From sequence record PZ534511.1: a stretch of DNA of 64,000 nt. One strand, written 5' to 3'. Position numbers and translations under genes: made by a program. Source of the stretch: a phage. Of the stretch, positions 37,904 through 45,823 are shown one piece after another; position 1 is the stretch's first letter; every line of letters begins with the position of its first letter. The notes under the pieces are model-generated. The model made no database searches. It had not been told where the DNA came from and saw only the letters and a list, made by a program, of their open reading frames with translations.

Positions 37904-38023
37904 TTAAAAGTTTAAGAAAAATTTTGCGACACCGTTGGCGCTACCCATCAACATTTGCGCCAGGATGTACCCAATGATGCAAACGATAATAGTTACCTTT
38001 GTGTGCTGGCGTGTAGTACTCAT
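37904..38023 (-). CDS. 39-aa hydrophobic micro-protein (below ORF-track cut-off)
   Basis: GAAAGGGGGG RBS; TM-like. Confidence 0.35.
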   Translation of the reverse strand: MSTTRQHTKVTIIVCIIGYILAQMLMGSANGVAKFFLNF

Positions 38024-38057
38024 CTTTAAGCCCCCCTTTCCGCTCAACTGTGGTTAG

Positions 38058-38102
38058 TTTACTTTATTGATGGCCCTGGAGTCAAGGCCATCTAAAAATA
38101 AA
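38058..38102. repeat. 45-bp palindromic element, copy 3 of 3
   Basis: TTTACTTTATTGATGGCCCTGGAGTCAAGGCCATCTAAAAATAAA. Confidence 0.7.
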
Positions 38103-38103
38103 C

Positions 38104-38499
38104 TCAGTAAGTTTTCAGTACTTTCCCGTCCAACCTGTCTAACTGAATCTCAATAGCTGCAGAAAACCTATTGTAAACCACATCGCCCAGGGAGTCCAGC
38201 CAATCTATGACGTTATACACCTGCTCTTTATTCTTGCAAGTCCGGATCCGTTTCATTACGTAAGACGGATCAATATTAGCGCTCTCGTTGTTGTGGTCAT
38301 GCGCCTGGCCTGCTGCGCTAGTTATAGATTTTACAACCACCTGAAAGGGCTTTAAGGTGCCTTTTGCGTTCATCTCACGCGCTTTCGCGGCGCGGTTGTT
38401 GTATGTTACACAACGGTGGCAAATGTTGACCAAATGCATATCAATAATTTTTTCATCGTTTGCCAGTTCGTTCATGATGCGGCGTACGTTCTTATTCAT
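38104..38499 (-). CDS. hypothetical protein
   Basis: ORF preceded by hairpin and AAAGGAAAAAAG RBS. Confidence 0.45.
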   Translation of the reverse strand: MNKNVRRIMNELANDEKIIDMHLVNICHRCVTYNNRAAKAREMNAKGTLKPFQVVVKSITSAAGQAHDHNNESANIDPSYVMKRIRTCKNKEQVYNVIDWLDSLGDVVYNRFSAAIEIQLDRLDGKVLKTY

Positions 38500-38583
38500 G
38501 ATCTTTTTTCCTTTGTGTTGGCGGGAAACATTCCCGCCTTTTGTGTATAGTTTACTTGAATTTTGCAGCGTGTCAATAATTTT

Positions 38584-38982
38584 TTATTCGTGGGCACATG
38601 TTACAATGTGTTTTTTATAGCCCAGGTGGTCAGCAAGTGCCGACAAAAACTCTTCTTCGTAGATCCAGCCGTCGGCAGTGATCCCCATAGCATTTAATGC
38701 GCCCTCAAGTGCTGCGTTAGCTTTATCGTAACCGTGACCGCTCGCCTTGCCGCCAGTATAACCGTACTTATTGTTCTTGTTGTCGTGAATCCAAAACACG
38801 CAGTAGTGAGTGTTCCCGCTGGCGGCGGCATAATACCGGATCTCAGCTACTTCGTGCAAATTATTGTCATCGTCCAGGCCCACCAGATTATAAGCCTTGT
38901 AAAATCCACGATCACGGCGGCAGTTCTTGACATCAGAAAAAGAAAAGTCCGCATTATCAAAATTAAAGGTAGTGGTTTTCAT
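38584..38982 (-). CDS. hypothetical protein
   Basis: ORF with AAGAGGA RBS. Confidence 0.45.
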   Translation of the reverse strand: MKTTTFNFDNADFSFSDVKNCRRDRGFYKAYNLVGLDDDNNLHEVAEIRYYAAASGNTHYCVFWIHDNKNNKYGYTGGKASGHGYDKANAALEGALNAMGITADGWIYEEEFLSALADHLGYKKHIVTCAHE

Positions 38983-39046
38983 GATTTTATCCTCTTAGTG
39001 TCTTTTGTGCTTTTAGTGTATTTGGTGTCGGACTATATGTCAATAC

Positions 39047-39244
39047 TTATTTTTTATTAAACCAGTGGTTGATCTGTCCTTTTGTCAGGGCGCAACGATC
39101 AAGCTGTTGCAGGGTATAGCTATGACCGCGACGAAATTTATAAAGGCCTTGCCCGTTGTTAATGGTTACATCCACCCGGCAAATCACTTGATTGGTGACC
39201 ACCTGGCGAGTGTTGCGACGTACTTTGATCCCGTATGCGTTCAT
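39047..39244 (-). CDS. hypothetical small protein
   Basis: internal ATG with AAAGAGGA RBS. Confidence 0.35.
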   Translation of the reverse strand: MNAYGIKVRRNTRQVVTNQVICRVDVTINNGQGLYKFRRGHSYTLQQLDRCALTKGQINHWFNKK

Positions 39245-39325
39245 AAATTTATCCTCTTTACTGGTTAGTGCGGTGTTGTTCACCTTGTAGGGTAATAATA
39301 CCATGATTAACCTTGTTGTCAACGA

Positions 39326-39502
39326 CTATTTTAAATTATTTTTATGATAGAATCCACCTGCCGCCCCCCGCCAGGTTAACCACCATTTTTTTTCGTACTC
39401 TTCTTTATGTTCCAACGCTCCCGCCATAACCTTTTCAACCAGGGCGATAGCTTCCGTATCATTAATCACTACATTTCCCAGGCGAGTAGCATTACCTTTC
39501 AT
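39326..39502 (-). CDS. hypothetical small protein
   Basis: internal ATG with AGAAGAGG RBS. Confidence 0.35.
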   Translation of the reverse strand: MKGNATRLGNVVINDTEAIALVEKVMAGALEHKEEYEKKWWLTWRGAAGGFYHKNNLK

Positions 39503-39610
39503 TTTTGTACCTCTTCTGTAGCTGTTTACTTTATAGTGCGGACCTGCCAGGCTGGCCCCGCCAGGTTGCAACGGTTAGCGCATCAGGTTAGAAAAATTTT
39601 TTGAAAAGTG

Positions 39611-39639
39611 TTGACAGCGGCCCCGCCAGGCGGCATAAT
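39611..39639 (+). promoter_or_regulatory. plus-strand sigma70-like promoter (TTGACA-17-CATAAT) inside the minus-strand block
   Basis: hexamers preceded by A/T-rich tract; points into noncoding repeat region. Confidence 0.5.
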
Positions 39640-39959
39640 ATACCTATCGAAAGGACGGCAGGCACCGGTGACGGGGGAGACAACCACCGGGGATGGGCGC
39701 TTCATAAAATGAGAACGGTTATCATTATCATTTAAAAATTTATGCAAAAAATCCTTGCCTTCTTTGTCCTGTGTGATACTATAATAACAAGCCGGGGCAG
39801 CAGGGGCCGGGAGACAATCACCGGGCCTGCCCGTTATTCTGCAAACGAGAATAATTATCATTCAAAATTCTAAATAAGAATCCCTCGCATTTAATAAATT
39901 TAATTAGCATGCTAATTACCCTCCGTAACAATTTCCTATAAAACAGTGCCCCATAAAAT

Positions 39960-40440
39960 ATTCCCATATAGAAATTTTAAAAATCCATTTCTGAAAACGA
40001 AAAATAGATTTCGTCCCCAAAAATTTCAGGTCGAGATCCGGAACGATTTCCAGAAAATCCGATTCAGAAAACGAAAAACAGATCGAGTACTGAGAAATTT
40101 ATCGAGAAAAATTTTCAGAAAATCCAAGCCCTGGAATGAAAAGTAGATCGAGTACCTGGAAAGCTGCACCGCAACTTCAAGATAGTGGTTAGATTGTTAC
40201 CATAGAAGGTCAAGGGTAAGTGGAGGAAGTTCTAGTAGAGGGAGGTTAGCATGTGTGGGAAATCTATAATGGTGGTCTGGAATATGGTGCAAACGATAGG
40301 ATGAGCTATTCAGCTTGTCGCGCCTACTCTGAAAAATCCATTTTAGTTTTCGATCCATTTTCTGATTTTCTAAGAATTTTAAAATATCCAGCCCGGTGAA
40401 ATATCAAAAGGAGGAAATCCATTTTAGAAATCCCCCTTAT
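39960..40440. repeat. degenerate tandem and dispersed repeats in noncoding DNA
   Basis: recurring TTTCAGAAAATCC, GAAAACGAAAAA, AGATCGAGTAC and AAATCCATTTT words. Confidence 0.55.
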
Positions 40441-40467
40441 ACTTGATATGCCAGGAATTTTCAAGTA

Positions 40468-40797
40468 TCAGTTGTCTTTGTTTTTAGGTTTGTACATGCG
40501 CAGAGGTATGGTCTTTGTAACATTCCATTTCCTCAACCCTTCCCAGCTCCAGTTGTGGGCGTGGTATCCGGTTATGCATGCACTACTGGAGTGATCGTAA
40601 GCATAAGAGAACGCTAAGCGCACCAGGTGGGGCCAGTCCTTCCATGGTTGTGGACCGTAAGCTTTTCTCCAACACCGACACAAACTAAATGTCTCAAGAA
40701 TAGGAAGGATAACAAATCCATACACCGCCACCAGAATAGCCAGCGCAATGATTGTCAGGAATACATACCCTGCAGTTGAAATGATGATCTCTGTCAT
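40468..40797 (-). CDS. membrane protein
   Basis: N-terminal hydrophobic helices. Confidence 0.45.
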   Translation of the reverse strand: MTEIIISTAGYVFLTIIALAILVAVYGFVILPILETFSLCRCWRKAYGPQPWKDWPHLVRLAFSYAYDHSSSACITGYHAHNWSWEGLRKWNVTKTIPLRMYKPKNKDN

Positions 40798-40991
40798 TTG
40801 TCCTCCCCTTTCTTACGAATATAGATGTGAGAGCCTGCCTGTATATAAATTTCTCGACCATCTTCTGCAAAGATATGAAATACACGATCACCTTCGTACT
40901 CGATACGAGATATTTTCATAATGGTCTTTCCACCTGGGATACGGATCTCGTCCCCCACAGCGATGTTCCATGCAGATTTAAGCTTAAACAT
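40794..40991 (-). CDS. hypothetical small protein
   Basis: internal ATG with AAGGAAGGTG RBS. Confidence 0.4.
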   Translation of the reverse strand: MFKLKSAWNIAVGDEIRIPGGKTIMKISRIEYEGDRVFHIFAEDGREIYIQAGSHIYIRKKGEDK

Positions 40992-41229
40992 CTGCACCTT
41001 CCTTTGGGAGCTCGAACTCTGGCATAGCCATATACGCCACAACAGGGTTGTAATCAAAGTAGAAATGACCGTTAATTATCCCAGTTTTGTGAGCATAGTC
41101 ACCAGATCCTGCAAGAACAACCTCGCAAACTCCGAAATCAACCTTGCCATTCTCATCTGCCATGGCTACAATATACTTTCCTAGAGGCATGTTTTTAACG
41201 CCGTCTACAAATGTCCACCCTTTGTTCAT
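40984..41229 (-). CDS. hypothetical protein
   Basis: ORF. Confidence 0.4.
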   Translation of the reverse strand: MNKGWTFVDGVKNMPLGKYIVAMADENGKVDFGVCEVVLAGSGDYAHKTGIINGHFYFDYNPVVAYMAMPEFELPKEGADV

Positions 41230-41250
41230 AACTTTATCTCCTGGACTTTC

Positions 41251-41583
41251 TTAAGGTAACCAGTAAACAATTTCGCCTTTCAGTTCCATGTCGTTACCGA
41301 CATAGATTTTCCAGCCATCCATTTTAGCCACTGCAGGAGTGAAGTCCGAAGAACCACTAACCTCTTTCCAAGTCCCGTAGTCAGGTTGCCAGATATAGAA
41401 TCCACCTTCCTTGTCCCATGCTCCATATACCACATCGAGCAGGTTGCCCATTGCAACAATAGTAGGCCGTGGGAATAATACATCTACAGATGCGCCACAA
41501 TTTCGGGTATCTTTTAAGTTGCAATCCCAAAAGATGTCTGCCAGTGTGGCGGCGATAGCTTTACGTCTTTCCAATGTTACCAT
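41251..41583 (-). CDS. hypothetical protein
   Basis: ORF. Confidence 0.45.
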   Translation of the reverse strand: MVTLERRKAIAATLADIFWDCNLKDTRNCGASVDVLFPRPTIVAMGNLLDVVYGAWDKEGGFYIWQPDYGTWKEVSGSSDFTPAVAKMDGWKIYVGNDMELKGEIVYWLP

Positions 41584-41593
41584 GGCACGATAC

Positions 41594-41785
41594 TCACTTG
41601 TTGTTAATAAGTTCTAAAACTTTCTGTCTTACTTTGTCAAGGTCTGTGGATTCAAAAACTGCACGATATCCCCAACTTTGCCCATAGGAGTGACTGCAAT
41701 CCCCGTAGCACCATTGCTCAATTTGATAGTATTCAAGGAACGGGTGCTGTCTAACTATGATACCATCCCGGTTAAAAATTACCAT
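41594..41785 (-). CDS. hypothetical protein
   Basis: ORF with GAGGGTG RBS. Confidence 0.4.
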   Translation of the reverse strand: MVIFNRDGIIVRQHPFLEYYQIEQWCYGDCSHSYGQSWGYRAVFESTDLDKVRQKVLELINNK

Positions 41786-41848
41786 AATACATCACCCTCT
41801 GTTAGTTTATGCGTATATTATACACTGCAGTTTTCAGATGTCAACCTC

Positions 41849-42043
41849 TTACAGATTGCTCCAGTACAATCGGCATTTACATTTTGGGCAATGAGGTTCT
41901 TTTATGTAGTAACCGTCAGTCTTTGGAACACTTTTTGGTGCAGTTTTAAGATTGTACCTGGTAAAACATCGGAAGCAGGTTACCTCTCCCACCTGTTGAT
42001 CGTTGATCCACTCACCGGAGTAAAGTTCTTTCTTGTTTCTCAT
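41849..42043 (-). CDS. small Cys-rich (zinc-ribbon-like) protein
   Basis: CFRC...CPKCKC; internal ATG with GGGAGAG RBS. Confidence 0.4.
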   Translation of the reverse strand: MRNKKELYSGEWINDQQVGEVTCFRCFTRYNLKTAPKSVPKTDGYYIKEPHCPKCKCRLYWSNL

Positions 42044-42294
42044 AATTCTCTCCCAAATCCTCTGCAATCTTATACCAAAATCTCCAGCCAGAAAGCACAC
42101 GGGAACACTTTGAGGATTGAATCTTTACTTGGCTCGGAAGTTCTTTTTCCGTATGGTAGGTAGAAATACCCTCCTGCAGATTCGAATATAGCTCCTTCGG
42201 TTGTATCTACCACAGCAAGAATTAAGATTTTAGTCTCCACAGTGCTCTCCTCTCTTAGTTGTCGTGGAAACTATATCACCTCAGAAGATGGTCG

Positions 42295-42753
42295 TCAACA
42301 CTTTTTGTACTCCACCACGACAATATCTATGTCGAAAGTGGCAAGGTTAATAACGTCCTCTACGTGTTCCAACTTCAAACCGCCTATGCCGCACCCGATC
42401 TTAGGGATGTAGAATGGTAAAGTCGATCCGCTGAATACTTCATTGACTAGCTCAAAGCCTTTCAGGATTGAGAAATACTCAGCATTAGGTCCTGGGTAGA
42501 ACTGGGTATATAGATTGATTCCGTAGACAATACCTATCGGAGATAAGTGCTCCCATCGGGAGAACGCACCCAGTTTACTTAGGCAACCGTATCTAGTCTC
42601 TTTGTCGGCTGACAGTGCTTGAGGAAACTCACGGGCAATCTGTTTTGCTATACCCTTGCCCATTGTGTGGAAGCAGTTACAACCGTGGATCAGGTGACCA
42701 GCACCACTCTTAAAAAGGGAGATTAAATCTCCCTCTACAGTATCAATAATCAC
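42295..42753 (-). CDS. macro-domain protein (TARG1/DarG-like ADP-ribose processing fold)
   Basis: EGDLISLFKSGAGHLIHGCNCFHTMGKGIAKQIAREFP parallels TARG1 GDLF...HCIS.D..MGAGIA core; later GCGIGGL; start placed at GTG with AAGAGGAG RBS. Confidence 0.6.
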   Translation of the reverse strand: MIIDTVEGDLISLFKSGAGHLIHGCNCFHTMGKGIAKQIAREFPQALSADKETRYGCLSKLGAFSRWEHLSPIGIVYGINLYTQFYPGPNAEYFSILKGFELVNEVFSGSTLPFYIPKIGCGIGGLKLEHVEDVINLATFDIDIVVVEYKKC

Positions 42754-43168
42754 GGTAAGCCAGCTCCTCTTCCGCAATTTCAAAAAACTCAGTCCAGCAC
42801 TGTGGCATATTGGAGTTACCGAAGTGGCTTTCATAGTAAAGGTTCTTACCGCTAGGAAGGTAGAAATCTGTTACCTCATAAAATCCACAATCGTCGCACT
42901 CACCTTCTTCAAACTTGGCCTTAACCTTAATACCGAGGAAGGTGAAAAGTTTATGGACATCTTCAGTTTCGAACTCCCAGGGAATGTTGTTTTCCGCATC
43001 GGTGTAGAACTGGATCAGCAGACCATTGTCCAGTTTACCAAAATACTCTGTGAAGTAACTTCCTTCCCAGAAATCTTTATGACAAATAATATCCATGCGT
43101 TTGCCCATAATAATGGTGTGAGCGTTTTGGGCATCGTCACGAATCAGTTTTGGCATTTCATAGATCAT
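42743..43168 (-). CDS. hypothetical protein
   Basis: ORF. Confidence 0.45.
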   Translation of the reverse strand: MIYEMPKLIRDDAQNAHTIIMGKRMDIICHKDFWEGSYFTEYFGKLDNGLLIQFYTDAENNIPWEFETEDVHKLFTFLGIKVKAKFEEGECDDCGFYEVTDFYLPSGKNLYYESHFGNSNMPQCWTEFFEIAEEELAYRDY

Positions 43169-43236
43169 CTTAGTTCTCCGGGTTCAACAGGTGGTGGTGC
43201 TACAGGAAGATCATAAAACATGGCTATCACAGTCTC

Positions 43237-43434
43237 TTACACAGGAATTGCTTCAAATAGACCGTTATCTATACCGTCCTTCAGATAGAGATTATATTCT
43301 ATGTCGGTATCTGTATAAAGGGCAGCATCCAGCATTCTATCTGTGAGTCCATCCATCGGGTGGAGAAACCACCACCCACGCCAGTCAAAGTAACAGCCTG
43401 GTGCATCTTCTCTTACACGGATTCGATAAATCAT
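43237..43434 (-). CDS. hypothetical protein
   Basis: ORF with AGGAGG RBS. Confidence 0.4.
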   Translation of the reverse strand: MIYRIRVREDAPGCYFDWRGWWFLHPMDGLTDRMLDAALYTDTDIEYNLYLKDGIDNGLFEAIPV

Positions 43435-43530
43435 GGGCAGTGGCCTCCTGTTAGTTATACATCCCAGTTTTCTTCGTTCATCACGTCCTCCCGTTCTATG
43501 AAGTTATAATTACACACCTTTCAACTTGTG

Positions 43531-43947
43531 TCAACAGAAAACTTCAACAAATTCTTCCACAGTTTTAATGTCGTGGGAAAAAGGTTTACGGCTATAACGG
43601 GCAATAGCACTATCAACCACCGCCCGGTACTCCAAATCTTCAGAATATTTCATGAAGCATTGCAGCGTCTCTGGGCAGATAGCTAAATAGCTCCACCACC
43701 CCTCTTCAGATTGGTAGTCGAATCCCATACTCTCCAACCATGAAGCATATACGCCTGCACCTTCAAGCCAGTGAGTATTTTCATCCAGAAACTTGTTAAT
43801 AGACATGTGAGCTTCTAAGCATTTATCCAGCTCTTTTCCGTTAACCAGCCATGCACTGACTGTGGCGCATCCAAGGTCTACAGATTGAGTTGACAGGTTG
43901 TATTGGTCATAGTTCTCAGGTTTAACAATGATATCTTCTAATGTCAT
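43531..43947 (-). CDS. hypothetical protein
   Basis: ORF with GGAG RBS. Confidence 0.45.
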   Translation of the reverse strand: MTLEDIIVKPENYDQYNLSTQSVDLGCATVSAWLVNGKELDKCLEAHMSINKFLDENTHWLEGAGVYASWLESMGFDYQSEEGWWSYLAICPETLQCFMKYSEDLEYRAVVDSAIARYSRKPFSHDIKTVEEFVEVFC

Positions 43948-44009
43948 TTTTCAGATCTCCTTATACAAAAATGCCCCACCATTTCGGGCAGGGCTATGTT
44001 AACTAGATG

Positions 44010-44588
44010 TTAGAAGTATTCATAGAGGTATCCATCGGGAGCTGGAATTTTTTCATGAATGTAGTAACCAACATATATTCCGGTTTCTCTGCTGCAAGAG
44101 TTGTGGGATACCCACTCTTTAAGAACGTTGCCATTCATGTCCAACCTCCTTACATTTTTGCACCGTCTACCGCTGGTGCTTCTATGTAACAAAATATCCT
44201 CTGTCTGCTTGTCTTTATTTTCTCCCCAGGTCGTTAAACGGATATTATCAAAAGAGTACCCTTTGAAATCATCTATCCTGTCACAAGAAGGCTTTTTCCT
44301 TTTGTCGTATCCGCTGGCTACCCACTGATCATACAACTCTTTGTAACCGTTCAGGTATAGCCACTCCTTAAACTCTTTTTTGGTGTAAGTCGGAGGAGGG
44401 TGACCTCTTTGCTTGCTGTTGCACTTTTGAGTCTTGTACAACACACGTATTACACCTTTTTCTGAAGAGTCTTTAGCAAATTGGTCAGCCTCCCTGCTGG
44501 CCTTCTTACAGCACTCTTTGCACGTTGATTTGTTGCTGGTATAGAAGTCGGAGGCCTCCTTGTCCTCCCCACAACGTTTGCATTTCAT
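44010..44588 (-). CDS. zinc-finger protein with degenerate HNH_3-like segment
   Basis: N-terminal CKRCG...CKECC; RIDDFKGYSFDNIRLTTWGEN resembles HNH_3 core but lacks the first His. Confidence 0.35.
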   Translation of the reverse strand: MKCKRCGEDKEASDFYTSNKSTCKECCKKASREADQFAKDSSEKGVIRVLYKTQKCNSKQRGHPPPTYTKKEFKEWLYLNGYKELYDQWVASGYDKRKKPSCDRIDDFKGYSFDNIRLTTWGENKDKQTEDILLHRSTSGRRCKNVRRLDMNGNVLKEWVSHNSCSRETGIYVGYYIHEKIPAPDGYLYEYF

Positions 44589-44596
44589 AACTGACC

Positions 44597-45823
44597 TTAG
44601 AAAGGGATCGAGTCATCGAACTCATACTGCGCCGGATTCTGATCCATCGGGTCATCTTCCTCATCATTTACAGGAGGAGCGTCTATAGTGTTTTGCTGTG
44701 GAGCAGCTTCCTGCTTGGCAGCTTGAGGTTCTTGATGGTCAGTGGACCCAGCACCGTTCTTGATCCAATCGTACAACGGCTCAGCCAGATTAGTCAAGAC
44801 ATCTTTTGCTTCTGCAGTAATTGCCGCTGCAAAATCCTCAACTTTCGTTTTCTTGTCAATACGGCGACAAGCGTTCAACACCGCATTACCGACACTGGCA
44901 CCTACTTCATCTTCGGTTCGGTTGGTGGCTTGAGCATACTCTTTCTTAAGCTCAATGGTGACTACGTGCAGTGTTTTAGCCACACCTAGTGGGTCGTCTA
45001 CCTTAAACCCGCGATCCAGGATGATTTGCAACGCGTTGATGCTATGTCCCGTCTCCACACCAATAGGGTCGTAAGAGGATTTACGCTTGCCACCAGAGCC
45101 TTGAGTGCCGTTCTCTGCCTTAGGGGGATAGGCTTTGAAACCACTGATAATGTTTCCGGTGTCTTTGTCAACAATGGCTGCAACACGACCACCTACCACC
45201 AGGTCTTTAAGCTGCTCATCAGTTACAACCATAGCACCTTCGCCAATCTTGTGGTCATTAACAGTAACCACGTTGCCAACAATCTGAGTCACATCGCCAT
45301 AGATGCGTAAAACGTCCTGATTGGCATTCTGCTGAGGTTTCTGCTTCTGGCCTTGTGATTGTGCACCTTGTTGCTGTTTTTGCTGCTGAGTCGCTGCTGG
45401 AGCCTCTCCTGCACCCAGCTTGACCATCTTAGCCAGTGAGCCTTTGTAATAGGTCTTACCGTTATGCTCGTTTGCCTTCAAAGGGATATTTACGATCCAT
45501 CCCGGCGTTACGGTTTCCCACTTGTCATCAATTTTAACAGAGACAGAGTCTTGATGACCAGGTTTAAGCAGCTTATCACCCATGCTGATCCAAACTTCTT
45601 CACCACCTTGAAGCAGGTTATCAGAGGAATCCAGTTCAGAAATCAGTAAAGAGATGGTGTGGCTGGATTCAATTTTCTTACCTTGCCACACAGTGGTTTT
45701 AATACCTGTTGTAGGATCAGCACCTTTGATAGGCTTGATGCTGACACGTTTAATCATGCCGTGAGCCAGTAAAACAGTTTCACGCGGATTCATCGGGTTA
45801 GCGAATTGTTGAATAACGCTCAT
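44597..45823 (-). CDS. putative single-stranded DNA-binding protein
   Basis: Gln-rich linker and acidic C-terminal tail ending DDSIPF (bacterial SSB tip DDDIPF); in replication module. Confidence 0.5.
   Translation of the reverse strand: MSVIQQFANPMNPRETVLLAHGMIKRVSIKPIKGADPTTGIKTTVWQGKKIESSHTISLLISELDSSDNLLQGGEEVWISMGDKLLKPGHQDSVSVKIDDKWETVTPGWIVNIPLKANEHNGKTYYKGSLAKMVKLGAGEAPAATQQQKQQQGAQSQGQKQKPQQNANQDVLRIYGDVTQIVGNVVTVNDHKIGEGAMVVTDEQLKDLVVGGRVAAIVDKDTGNIISGFKAYPPKAENGTQGSGGKRKSSYDPIGVETGHSINALQIILDRGFKVDDPLGVAKTLHVVTIELKKEYAQATNRTEDEVGASVGNAVLNACRRIDKKTKVEDFAAAITAEAKDVLTNLAEPLYDWIKNGAGSTDHQEPQAAKQEAAPQQNTIDAPPVNDEEDDPMDQNPAQYEFDDSIPF

Noticed and set aside
39583-39861. Track ORF 39583-39861 (-), 92 aa
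   Set aside because: Overlaps the plus-strand promoter and both GC-rich repeat units; Pro/Gly/Ala-rich translation of GC-rich DNA with no RBS.
39946-40146. Track ORF 39946-40146 (+), 66-aa highly basic protein
   Set aside because: Lies entirely within tandem degenerate repeats, has no RBS, and its composition reflects the repeat sequence; treated as noncoding.
39960-40440. CRISPR array
   Set aside because: Repeats are degenerate, of unequal length and spacing, and A/T-rich, with no regular repeat-spacer periodicity and no cas genes.
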